Part shown: piece after piece, positions 8,055-17,161 of the stretch
Layout: each line of letters begins with the position of its first letter
Numbering within the stretch: position 1 is the first letter of the stretch
Translations under genes and position numbers: made by a program
The notes under the pieces: model-generated
The model's input: the letters and a program-made list of their open reading frames with translations, nothing else
Database searches by the model: none
What the model was told of the DNA's origin: nothing
Source: a bacterium
Lineage (GTDB): Bacteria; Patescibacteriota; Microgenomatia; UBA1400; UBA12108
DNA: 64,000 bases
Reading direction: 5' to 3'
Assembly (NCBI GenBank): GCA_043827085.1
Contig: JBDRPO010000004.1
Span: 2,847 to 66,846, forward strand

Positions 8055-10862
8055 ATGTCTGCTCGTACTTTTGCCGTCGAAACTCAAGCTCAAGCCGTGG
8101 CCATTTTCGGTGGTCCTACTGAACTCACCACCAAACTTACTCAGGAGCTAGAGGTAAACGGTCTTCATGCCGAAAGGGTAGCATCTTCAACCCAGCTCGA
8201 AAAACTACAAGCTACTCACGACCCCGATTATCTTGTGATCTTCTCTGACTTTAAAGACGGCGATCTCCTCCCAACTCTCCAAACTCTGGTTGAATCAGGC
8301 CAATCTCACCTTATTCTCATCTCTCCCCTTAACTCGCCCGCCTCGAATCTTCCCCTCCCTCCCGCCACCCTAAATCTTATTTATTCTGATTATGTAGGGG
8401 ATGACGAGTTATTCTCTCCCACTCTCGAGTCTTGGCTCACTAATATCCAAAGCAGCCGCGCCCTCGAACTTGCCGGTGATGGACTTTCCGAACTAAGCCT
8501 CTTGGGGATTAACGATCTAGCTAGCCTTCTCAGTCTCGCCATTTTCCATAGCGGGGGAGGGTCCGGCGTCACTCTCTACTTGGGTAATCCCACTCCAATT
8601 TCATTTCTTAATCTCGCTTACCTTATCCGCACCAACTTGCCCTTTAAAATAAACTTATCGTTTACGGCAGGGGAGGAGTCCACTCAGCTTGAACTGGACA
8701 ATTTTGCCGCCGCTCTCGAGAAACTAAACTATCATCTCCTCGATTCATTTGAAGACTTGCTTAAAATCTACCTCAAGACGCACGTGAAAGTCGAAGAAAA
8801 ACCCACCCCTCGTAGCGAAGCGGAGACCCCTCCATTAAACCCGAATGCCAATACGGCTGAACAAGCAGTCAGTGGCAAATCGAGCATTAATGGCGGGGCC
8901 AAAAAACTTACCCCTCTTAAAACCTCAATCCCCGCTTTTATTCCTCTCCAGTCCAAAAAGCGCCCCTTTAGCTTCTCAAATCTTATCCCCAAATTTCATC
9001 TAAAACGTCACCATATTCTCCAGCCCTCTCCCACCCATCCACACCTTCGTACCATCGTGGGTAGGGGACTCATTATTGGTCTTGCCCTCTACCTTGGGAC
9101 TGTCGCCTTCTCCGGCACCATCGTCGGCTTATCCGTCAATAGCAACATAAAAACCATTCGCCAAGAAGAGCTCCCTAAAAGTAATCGGCTAAGTAGCTTT
9201 TCGCTCACCTACCTCCAAGCCAACTGGATCGCGCTCACTTCCGTCCCCGGTCTCTCCACCAAACAATCCATGATCGACTTAACCCTACTTCTGGACGCCT
9301 ATCACCAGGCTCTCTCCGCCCTAGACACGGCGAGTCTCTTAAATAAATCAACTCAAAATCTCCTTGGTTACATTTTTGGCTCCGGCAACGCCGACGTTGC
9401 TCAAGTTATCAGTCTCTCTCGTCTTCAAGCCGAGGAGTTGTATCAAAAACTCTCACTCCTCGATGGTTCACTTCCAAAGGATCCGCCCCTCATCGTCCCA
9501 ACTAAATATCACTTATCCTACGAGCGAGCTAAAGCTAAATTGGGGGTAGTCAAAAGGGGAGTCACCACCACCAAGGCCGTCCTCGCAGTCACCCCCGACT
9601 TTATCGGCCTTGGCGGCAGACGAAAATACGCCGTTCTCTTCCAAAATAATCTTGAGCTCCGCGCAACCGGCGGGTTTATTGGCTCTTTTGCCATTCTCAG
9701 TTTTGAAAACGGCAAGCTTTATGACATGCCGATCTACGATGTATACGACTCTGACGGTCAGCTCAAGGGCCACGTTGAGCCCCCATCTCCCATCAAAACT
9801 ATCCTCGGCGAAGGGAATTGGTATCTCCGCGACTCAAACTTCGATCCAGATTTCCCCACAAGTGCCAGGCGGGCCGAGTGGTTTATCAACAAATCACTCA
9901 ATTTTAACCTTGATGGTACGATCGCCATGACGATTCCCTCGCTCTCCGCGCTTCTGGAAGCTACCGGTCCCCTCGAAATTCCCGATTATAACGAGACCAT
10001 AACCGGGGGGAATCTCTCCGAACGGGTCCAACTTCACGCCGAAGTCAATTTTTTCCCCGGCAGCACCAAAAAGAAAGAATTTTTAAGTACCGTCGCAAGT
10101 GCTCTCTTTGCCAAGCTTCCTAGCCAGGGAGGACTAGTTAGCCTCAAGTTGGGGACAGCCCTCGCCGACTCAGTCGCGAGAAAAGATACTCTTATCTCGC
10201 TCACAAATACTACTACCAACCACGTTTTTCAGACTCTTGGCTGGAACGGCAGTTTGGTTGATTTTCCCTGTCCCACCACACTTAACTGCCACAAAGACTA
10301 CGCCATGGTCGTCGATAGTAATTTTGGTGTCAACAAAGCCAATTACTTTATCAAAAGAAATATCGAAGAGGTTATAACCCTTGATCAAAATCTGGCCGTG
10401 AATCACGTCCTACGTTTACGTTACCAGAACACTGCCACCTCCGACGCTTGGCCTGCCGGCACCTACAAGAATTATCAGCGACTCTATCTCCCGATCGGCA
10501 CCACCATCGGGAAAATCAGAGTAGGGGACAAGGAGCTCGCGACCAAAGACTATACTGTCTACTCCGAGCACAATCGCGCTGTTCTCAGCTATCTCGTTTC
10601 TGTCCCCATCAAAGAAACAGTCATCGTTCAAATAGAATACACAACTCCCCAACTCCCTCAGGAAAATGAACTTCTCTACACCTGGTACTGGCAAAAACAA
10701 CCCGGTACTTCCAGTGATGACAGTCTCACGGTTTATCTCAACCACCCCGCGTACTTGAGCCCCACGACCATCTCTCCCGCGGCCGACCTTGGTCCCCAAC
10801 AACTCAAGTTTGACATGCAAAACGACACCGATCGTCGCATCACCGTCAAATTCACCAAGTAA
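8055..10862 (+). CDS. Large membrane-anchored protein; C-terminal extracytoplasmic part resembles the DUF4012 family
   Basis: 935 aa. An ~300-aa N-terminal cytoplasmic region precedes one TM helix near residue 335 (LIIGLALYLGTVAFSGTIVGL). A GGFIGSFAIL.. block follows, as recalled for DUF4012 cell-envelope proteins of Actinobacteria and Saccharibacteria. Confidence 0.4.
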   Translation: MSARTFAVETQAQAVAIFGGPTELTTKLTQELEVNGLHAERVASSTQLEKLQATHDPDYLVIFSDFKDGDLLPTLQTLVESGQSHLILISPLNSPASNLPLPPATLNLIYSDYVGDDELFSPTLESWLTNIQSSRALELAGDGLSELSLLGINDLASLLSLAIFHSGGGSGVTLYLGNPTPISFLNLAYLIRTNLPFKINLSFTAGEESTQLELDNFAAALEKLNYHLLDSFEDLLKIYLKTHVKVEEKPTPRSEAETPPLNPNANTAEQAVSGKSSINGGAKKLTPLKTSIPAFIPLQSKKRPFSFSNLIPKFHLKRHHILQPSPTHPHLRTIVGRGLIIGLALYLGTVAFSGTIVGLSVNSNIKTIRQEELPKSNRLSSFSLTYLQANWIALTSVPGLSTKQSMIDLTLLLDAYHQALSALDTASLLNKSTQNLLGYIFGSGNADVAQVISLSRLQAEELYQKLSLLDGSLPKDPPLIVPTKYHLSYERAKAKLGVVKRGVTTTKAVLAVTPDFIGLGGRRKYAVLFQNNLELRATGGFIGSFAILSFENGKLYDMPIYDVYDSDGQLKGHVEPPSPIKTILGEGNWYLRDSNFDPDFPTSARRAEWFINKSLNFNLDGTIAMTIPSLSALLEATGPLEIPDYNETITGGNLSERVQLHAEVNFFPGSTKKKEFLSTVASALFAKLPSQGGLVSLKLGTALADSVARKDTLISLTNTTTNHVFQTLGWNGSLVDFPCPTTLNCHKDYAMVVDSNFGVNKANYFIKRNIEEVITLDQNLAVNHVLRLRYQNTATSDAWPAGTYKNYQRLYLPIGTTIGKIRVGDKELATKDYTVYSEHNRAVLSYLVSVPIKETVIVQIEYTTPQLPQENELLYTWYWQKQPGTSSDDSLTVYLNHPAYLSPTTISPAADLGPQQLKFDMQNDTDRRITVKFTK

Positions 10863-10908
10863 TCCTGATCTGCTATAATACCTTCACCATTAGCTATATG
10901 GAGGATCT

Positions 10909-11640
10909 ATGACTATTTTTGAACTCGCCGCTTCTACTCGCACGCTCTTTGGCCGGAAAACCAAACAGCTCAGGAAAAAGGGAATCGTCCCAGCGAACAT
11001 CTTTGGCAAAAAAATCAAATCCCTCGGCATAGAGATCGAAAAAGGGATTCTTCTAGACACCATGCGTAAAGCCGGCGAGACAGGCTTGATCCATCTCAAG
11101 ATCAAGGGTGACGATAAAACCCACCCCGTCCTCGTTTCTGGCTACGCTCAAGATCCAGTAACCGGCGACATGCTCCACGTCGATTTCCACGAAGTTGATC
11201 TTAAACAAAAAACCAAAGCCATGGTTCCTGTCAAAACCGTGGGCGTTTCTCCCGCAGTCGACACAGGCAACATCTTGGTTATGTTCAAAAATGAAATTGA
11301 AGTTGAAGCCCTTCCCACCGACCTCCCCGATGTCATTGAAGTTGATATTTCGGGGCTTGCCGAAGTTGGAGCCCATATTTTAGCGAAAGATCTCAAAGTT
11401 GACCGCTCCAAAGTTACGCTCGATATCGAGGGAGATGCACAAATAGTTGCCATCCAAGAGCCAACCAAAGAAGAAGTTGTTGTCCCCGCTGCTCCAGCCG
11501 AGGGCGAGGAAGCCGCTCCAACCGAGGGTGAGGAAAGCAAACCAGCCGAGGGCGAAACTAAACCGGAGGCTAAAGAAACCAAGAAAGAAGACTTGTCCGC
11601 CGAAGCCAAGGCTAAGGCGGGACCTAAGGCTGAAAAATAG
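10909..11640 (+). CDS. rplY: 50S ribosomal protein L25 / general stress protein Ctc
   Basis: N-terminal L25 beta-barrel (LFGRKTKQLRKKGIVPANIFG) plus a low-complexity E/K/A-rich C-terminal tail. GGAGG ribosome-binding site 8 bp upstream. Confidence 0.85.
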   Translation: MTIFELAASTRTLFGRKTKQLRKKGIVPANIFGKKIKSLGIEIEKGILLDTMRKAGETGLIHLKIKGDDKTHPVLVSGYAQDPVTGDMLHVDFHEVDLKQKTKAMVPVKTVGVSPAVDTGNILVMFKNEIEVEALPTDLPDVIEVDISGLAEVGAHILAKDLKVDRSKVTLDIEGDAQIVAIQEPTKEEVVVPAAPAEGEEAAPTEGEESKPAEGETKPEAKETKKEDLSAEAKAKAGPKAEK

Positions 11641-12097
11641 GATCGTTAGGATCCAAAATCCTGGCTTGTTCTTGGTATTCTTGCGCTTTTTCTATGTTCC
11701 CTGTCTCGCCATATAAGCGCGCTATCTCGAGTAGTATTTCTTTATCTCCTGGGTATTTCTCTAACTTCTGCTCCAGTTCTGTGGTCCTTTTCTCAACCAC
11801 ACGCTCAGGATAAACTTTCTCTTCTAACTCACTCTCTGTTCCAAGTACATTTTCTGCCGCTTCCGAATAAAGTCTCTCCGCCGCCTGATAATCTCCAACT
11901 TGTACTGCTTTCTCTATTACTTCTCGCTCGCTCCGCGCCGAGACTACACTATTTTTCACGTTTTGCGCCGACATCACCAAGATGATCCCCACAACCCCCA
12001 CTCCTATCCATGTCCAGTATCGGGGTAGGGGAGATCTCACAACCACTCTCCAGCTATATTGTTCTAAACTCCGCCAAAATCCTTCACTCTTTTTCAT
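11624..12097 (-). CDS. Hypothetical membrane-anchored protein with TPR-like C-terminus
   Basis: One N-terminal TM helix and a coiled/TPR-like tail. No recognisable catalytic motif. Confidence 0.3.
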   Translation of the reverse strand: MKKSEGFWRSLEQYSWRVVVRSPLPRYWTWIGVGVVGIILVMSAQNVKNSVVSARSEREVIEKAVQVGDYQAAERLYSEAAENVLGTESELEEKVYPERVVEKRTTELEQKLEKYPGDKEILLEIARLYGETGNIEKAQEYQEQARILDPNDPIFQP

Positions 12098-12100
12098 TTC

Positions 12101-12508
12101 TTGAGTATACAGCGTAGAATATTTCTTATGCTATCTCTTACTCCCGAACTACTCGTTGAAGACATTCAAAAAACTCTTGATTGGTACCAAACCACTCTCG
12201 GATTTGAGGTTATGTTTGTCTCTCCCGAAACTGGCACCCCCACCTTCACCCGGATCAAAAAAGAGGGGACAAAAATCATGTTTTTCCGCCGTGCCGAGTT
12301 CTCAAGTGAAATCCTCACCTTTTCTTTCGCTCCCATGGGCGGTAGTTTTGTCCTCTATCTCGAAGTTAAAGACATCAAAAAAATATGGCTAGAAATACAA
12401 GACAAAGTAACCATTGTCCAACCCCCCCAGATTAAAGACTATGGTTCCCAGGAATTCACTATTCAAGACTTTAATGGTTATCACCTTATGTTTGGTCAGA
12501 GGAGTTAA
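12101..12508 (+). CDS. VOC-family (glyoxalase / bleomycin-resistance fold) protein
   Basis: ~130-aa beta-alpha-beta-beta-beta module (TLDWYQTTLGFEV....YGSQEFTIQDFNGYHLMF). Confidence 0.6.
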   Translation: MSIQRRIFLMLSLTPELLVEDIQKTLDWYQTTLGFEVMFVSPETGTPTFTRIKKEGTKIMFFRRAEFSSEILTFSFAPMGGSFVLYLEVKDIKKIWLEIQDKVTIVQPPQIKDYGSQEFTIQDFNGYHLMFGQRS

Positions 12509-12725
12509 TCTATGTTCTCTAAATGAGATCTTTGTCACCCAACTATTTATACTTAAAAACTTCTTTTCTCTGGTTATCAGCTGGGTATTCTATGGCGAAG
12601 AGGTTGGAATTCTTACCCTAGCAGGAGCTGGAGTCGTCATCACGAGCGTCTATCTCATGAATAAACTAGAAGTTACACCGTGCTCGCCCCCATCAGTCCT
12701 GTCATAATCGTCATGCTCGCGAGGC

Positions 12726-13322
12726 ATGCGCTTTGTTGCGACATCACCCGATCAACTGAGCTTTCTCCTCTCCGACCGCGAGCACGAACTCGAGAAACTG
12801 CGCGCGTCTCTCCCAATCCTCGAGTCCCAACTATCCGAACTCAAAGGATCCACTTCGAAATCCCAGGTTCTCTACTACCACGGCAAGGACGGTCTCAAAC
12901 AAGTGACCTACAACTCTCTAAAAGCTAAAGGAGAGCTCCTAACTTACGAGCTCTCCACCATGAACGCCTTCATGTCTCACGATGAAGCCGAAAAGCTTCA
13001 TGCTCGTTTTGTAGAAAACAAAATTCATATTTGTACTCTCACCAACGCTACCAGACTCGAATCATGGACAAATGTATCCGCAATGGTTGAAAAGTACTGG
13101 GAGACCCGCCAGCTAGTACCCAAGGGAAATCCCTTCAAGTTCGAAATCTTGATCTACAACGACGTCTACTGCACGTATCGCTACATAGGCGAGGACATCT
13201 TCTGTATCGAGATCCACAACCAGGAACTCGCCGACATGCAACGCCAACTTCTTGAGCATCTCTGGTCTGGAGCCCACAAATTCAAGGTTCTCGATGGCCG
13301 CGGCTCCGCCAAACTAACTTGA
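12726..13322 (+). CDS. Hypothetical protein
   Basis: 198-aa ORF with coding-like composition and no recognised motif. Confidence 0.3.
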   Translation: MRFVATSPDQLSFLLSDREHELEKLRASLPILESQLSELKGSTSKSQVLYYHGKDGLKQVTYNSLKAKGELLTYELSTMNAFMSHDEAEKLHARFVENKIHICTLTNATRLESWTNVSAMVEKYWETRQLVPKGNPFKFEILIYNDVYCTYRYIGEDIFCIEIHNQELADMQRQLLEHLWSGAHKFKVLDGRGSAKLT

Positions 13323-13323
13323 T

Positions 13324-13587
13324 CTATCTATAAATATCTTGTCTGTGCCCCACCGCCAGTATGAGCACCACCCCATCTCCGTCATACACGTCATATAACA
13401 CTCGGTAGTCACCGACCCGTAGGCGATAATCCGCAGTCTTATGTTTGGTTAAATGTTTAAATTGATTAGGAAACCGTTCTTTCGCAAGCTTTTGTATCTC
13501 TGGAATAATCACATTTCTTACTTGCGGGTTTAGTTTTTTTAGTTGTTTTCTTGCCTTTAAACTTAACTGGATCTCGTATGGCCTCAT
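13324..13587 (-). CDS. RelE/ParE-family type II toxin
   Basis: 87 aa with the YRLRVGDYRVLYDV... motif characteristic of RelE/StbE toxins. Its start overlaps the stop of the upstream antitoxin ORF (ATGA). Confidence 0.7.
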   Translation of the reverse strand: MRPYEIQLSLKARKQLKKLNPQVRNVIIPEIQKLAKERFPNQFKHLTKHKTADYRLRVGDYRVLYDVYDGDGVVLILAVGHRQDIYR

Positions 13588-13838
13588 ACCACTTCAGCTA
13601 GAAAATCATCAAGCTTAGTAGTTTTCCCACGCAAGTACTCACTTCTCCCATCTGCAATGTCCTTCTGTAACGCAGGAGAATTCATCTCAAGTAAAATATC
13701 CTCCACCGCCTGGTAATCCGCAAAGGGGATTGCCACCATCGCTGGTTCATTGCGGTTAGTCACCAGATAATGTCCCCCCATGGCTTTGATATTGCGCGCC
13801 ACCATAGGCAGTTGTGTCTGGAATTGTTTGATTCCCAT
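13584..13838 (-). CDS. Phd/YefM-like antitoxin (partner of the RelE toxin)
   Basis: ~84 aa immediately upstream of and overlapping the toxin; PAMVAIPFADYQAVEDILLE resembles Phd/YefM antitoxins. The start is uncertain; the track ORF extends to 13892. Confidence 0.55.
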   Translation of the reverse strand: MGIKQFQTQLPMVARNIKAMGGHYLVTNRNEPAMVAIPFADYQAVEDILLEMNSPALQKDIADGRSEYLRGKTTKLDDFLAEVV

Positions 13839-14244
13839 TACATTACTCAACATAGTACCATTAGGATACCTTAGTCGCAGTACCACTGTCAAGTCGTTGG
13901 TGGTTTCCCAAACTCCTCGCTCGCTCCTAGCTTCTTCACCATCTCCCCTTTGAACTAAAAGATATGTCAGTCTGGATTCATATCAAAGGTGACCGCACTA
14001 GGATAGTCTCCGTCAGGGGCGATGAAGTCTGGGGTCTCAGAATTCGGTCTCAAAACTTGGCAGACTCCCTCATCGGCATCCACGAGTCCCTCTGGAAGCT
14101 TGCCACCCCCATCACCAAAGATATGATTACCGCCTGGGGCCCCAACGAATACCTCCAAGCTGAAAAACGCACAACTAACCAAAAAACAAATGATTAAATG
14201 ATTTAAATCATTATATCGACAATCATTCAAGCTATATCAAATTT

Positions 14245-14772
14245 ATGTTACAAACTACTGACGAACAACTAGACACTATCAATGAAAAGAACGTTGTCAT
14301 TAGCTCAACCAGCAAGTCTATAGCCCACCGTGCCGGTCTCCTGCACAGGATCGTCATCGGTGAAATCGTAAACTCCAAAAGAGAATACTGTTTCGTCAAA
14401 CAAGCGGGTGATCGCCAAGATCCTGGTCAGTACATCTCTCCGATTGGTGGGCATGTCCAGGCAGGGGAGCGGATCGAAGACGCACTCTGTCGCAAGTGCC
14501 ATGAAGAAGTTGGCTTTACCCCGGTCGAACTAAAATATGTTGGTGGAACGATCTACAATCGCGAAGTTATCGGCCGTCGCGAAAACCACTTCTTTCTCGT
14601 TTACATGATTCGTCACAATGGCCCAGTCATCCTCAACCATGAATCAGTCGATTACCAGTGGTTCTCAGTGGAGAAGATTCAACAAACTCTGCAAAGTAGT
14701 CCTCAAACCTTCGATGCCGCCTGGCACCACGTGTTTAAAAACATCTTCCTTAAAATCTACCAAACTACTTAA
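14245..14772 (+). CDS. NUDIX hydrolase
   Basis: Nudix box GGHVQAGERIEDALCRKCHEEVGF (GX5EX7REUXEEXGU). Confidence 0.7.
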   Translation: MLQTTDEQLDTINEKNVVISSTSKSIAHRAGLLHRIVIGEIVNSKREYCFVKQAGDRQDPGQYISPIGGHVQAGERIEDALCRKCHEEVGFTPVELKYVGGTIYNREVIGRRENHFFLVYMIRHNGPVILNHESVDYQWFSVEKIQQTLQSSPQTFDAAWHHVFKNIFLKIYQTT

Positions 14773-17077
14773 TTTCCGGTTTACCCGCCGAAGCCCCGCG
14801 CCCTTCCGAAGCCTTTGGCGAAGGAGGGTTGGCGTAGGTGGGCCACTTCGACAAAATGAGCATGCCATCCTTCATTCTTGGCATTTCCTTCCAAATCGCC
14901 TCCGTCACAAACGGCATAAACGGATGCAGCAACTTCAATCCATTTAGTAACACGTGTCGCAAGACGGACAGTGCGACATCTTGATCTTTCCTCACCTTCA
15001 CTTTCTCGATATACACGTCGGCTACGCTATGCCACATAAACTCGTAGATTGTGTCCGCCGCTTCCGCAAAACGATATTTCTCGAGTAGGGTAGTTATTTT
15101 TGTAATTTTCTCGTTTAACTCTTTGATCATCACCTCATCTTCCGCCGCTAACCCCTTTATCTTGGGTCCATACCACGGGATTTTCCCCTCACACTTTTCC
15201 GTCATCATCAGATAAAACCGACTCATATTCCAAATCTTATTGGCAAAGTTCCGCATCGCCCGCACCTTGTCTTCTGATAAAGGCACTTTTCCTCCCTCCC
15301 CGTTCCCAAACAGGAGTGACATCCGGAAAGCATCAGCCCCGTATTTATCCACGAGTTCGATCGGGTTGATCACATTACCCTTGCTCTTACTCATCTTCTG
15401 TCCCCGGGCGTCAGTCACCGTCGACCACAAGTACACATTTTTAAAAGGCACCTCTTTCTTTGCGTAAAGTCCAAACATCATCATCCGTGACACCCACATC
15501 CGGAGAATGTCCGACATTGTTGCCATCACGTCAGTGGGGTAATGGCTCGCATACTCATTCTCTTTTAGGGTGACTAGGGGCCACTGTCCAGAAGAAAACC
15601 AAGTATCAAACGTATCCGTTTCCTGTAAATATTCGCCAGCAGGCCTAGTCTCATTTACCACATATTTTGCCTCTTTTGGTGCCGACAATGTTTGGAGTCC
15701 ACTCTCAATGTCTTCAAAACGATATGTCCTTAAAAGTTCTCCAATCTTCCCGCTCACCGGTTTTTTCTCTTTATCCAAAAACGTCACGTGTATTTTTTGA
15801 TTAATACTAGAGTCTGGAGTCTTACTACTGGCGTCTATTAAGTACCACGCCGGAATCCGGATTCCCCACGCCACTTGTCTGCTGATTGGCCAGTCATGCA
15901 TGACCGCCATCCAGTCGAGGATTTGTTTCTCAAACTTCTTGGGATAAAACTGTGTCTTTTTCTTTTTGATCGCCTCGACTACCGGCGGCTTCAAAGATTC
16001 CACCTTGATGTACCAGTTGGGCACCGTCATGGGTTCCATATCGCGACCACACTTGTAACAAACAGTAACAGCATGAAGATAATGCTCATCAATTTTTTTG
16101 ATTATTCCAATCTTCTGGAGTTCCTCAACTGTCTTTTCTCTCGCCACTTTTACTTTAAGTCCGTTTAGTTCTTTAACCTTTGCATCACTCGGAATTGTCA
16201 TCCTCCCCATCTGGTCGATCACCGAAATAGTCGCGAGCTTGTGGCGTTTCCCCGCCTCAAAATCATTGGGGTTATGAGCAGGGGTAATCTTTACGACTCC
16301 CGTCCCAAACTTCATGTCTACCATCGAATCCGCAATAACTGGGATTTTTCTGGTCGTTAAGGGGAGCTCCACTTCCATCCCCACAAACTTCGCGTATCGC
16401 TTGTCTTTTGGATGTACCGCGAGAGCCGTATCCCCAAACATCGTCTCTGGCCTGACTGTCGCCACGGTAAGCAGTCCGTATTTTATGTAGTAAAGCTTAT
16501 CTTCTCTCTCGTCATGTAATATCTCTAATTCAGCCAGGGACGTCCCACAATATGTGCAGTAGTTTACAAGGTAATCACTGCGGTATACTAAATCTTCCTT
16601 AACCATTCTCTGGAAAGTCTCAAACACAGTCGAGAGTACCCGGGAGTCTAGTGTGAACACACTTCGCTCCCAATCAGCGGAGAAGCCGAGTCGACGGAAC
16701 TGCTCAAAAATAAGTCCTGAATTATCTTCTACAAACTTGGCGATATTATCGTACAAAGTTTGTCGGTCGAAGTCCAGCCGGCTTTTACCCTCTTTTGATA
16801 GTTGTTTCTCGTACACAAACTGGGTCTCTAACCCCGCGTGGTCTCGCCCCGGTATCCACTCTGTCACGTAGCCTTGCATCCTTTTCCACCGGATCAAAAC
16901 ATCATCGATCGTGTACATCCCATGTCCCGCGTGCAAGCTAGCATTTGCATTCGGTGGCGGCATTAAAATCGTGAACGGTTTACCATGAGCGGAGTCGAAG
17001 GGTCTAAACGCACCGCTTACTTCCCACTCCTTATAAATCTCGCTCTCTACCTTGCTGTGTTCAAACCTCGATTCCAT
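14765..17077 (-). CDS. valS: Valine--tRNA ligase
   Basis: Class I aminoacyl-tRNA synthetase: HIGH-type PPPNANASLHAGHG (ValRS-type PPPN.TG.LH.GH), KMSKS (GQKMSKSKGNV) and an editing CP1 region. The C-terminal 20 aa are encoded by a family C palindromic repeat. Confidence 0.9.
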   Translation of the reverse strand: MESRFEHSKVESEIYKEWEVSGAFRPFDSAHGKPFTILMPPPNANASLHAGHGMYTIDDVLIRWKRMQGYVTEWIPGRDHAGLETQFVYEKQLSKEGKSRLDFDRQTLYDNIAKFVEDNSGLIFEQFRRLGFSADWERSVFTLDSRVLSTVFETFQRMVKEDLVYRSDYLVNYCTYCGTSLAELEILHDEREDKLYYIKYGLLTVATVRPETMFGDTALAVHPKDKRYAKFVGMEVELPLTTRKIPVIADSMVDMKFGTGVVKITPAHNPNDFEAGKRHKLATISVIDQMGRMTIPSDAKVKELNGLKVKVAREKTVEELQKIGIIKKIDEHYLHAVTVCYKCGRDMEPMTVPNWYIKVESLKPPVVEAIKKKKTQFYPKKFEKQILDWMAVMHDWPISRQVAWGIRIPAWYLIDASSKTPDSSINQKIHVTFLDKEKKPVSGKIGELLRTYRFEDIESGLQTLSAPKEAKYVVNETRPAGEYLQETDTFDTWFSSGQWPLVTLKENEYASHYPTDVMATMSDILRMWVSRMMMFGLYAKKEVPFKNVYLWSTVTDARGQKMSKSKGNVINPIELVDKYGADAFRMSLLFGNGEGGKVPLSEDKVRAMRNFANKIWNMSRFYLMMTEKCEGKIPWYGPKIKGLAAEDEVMIKELNEKITKITTLLEKYRFAEAADTIYEFMWHSVADVYIEKVKVRKDQDVALSVLRHVLLNGLKLLHPFMPFVTEAIWKEMPRMKDGMLILSKWPTYANPPSPKASEGRGASAGKPEIK

Positions 17078-17096
17078 ATGGATATTGTACCAGAGG

Positions 17097-17160
17097 TTGT
17101 TCGGACCGCAGTTCCCAGGCTAGTAAACAACAAGCCGTCAGAAGGTCAGACCTTATTGGA
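17097..17160. repeat. MITE-like repeat family A, internally deleted copy, abutting the VanW-like stop codon
   Basis: Matches the left arm and right end of the 2971-3106 and 34613-34752 copies (CCGTCAGAAGGTCAGACCTTATTGGAATT). Confidence 0.7.
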
Positions 17161-17161
17161 A

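Noticed and set aside
11447-11716. Arg/Lys-rich 89-aa ORF and other antisense ORFs inside rplY (11053-11609)
   Set aside because: These are frame-shadow ORFs generated by the E/K/A-rich low-complexity tail of rplY. They have no independent support.
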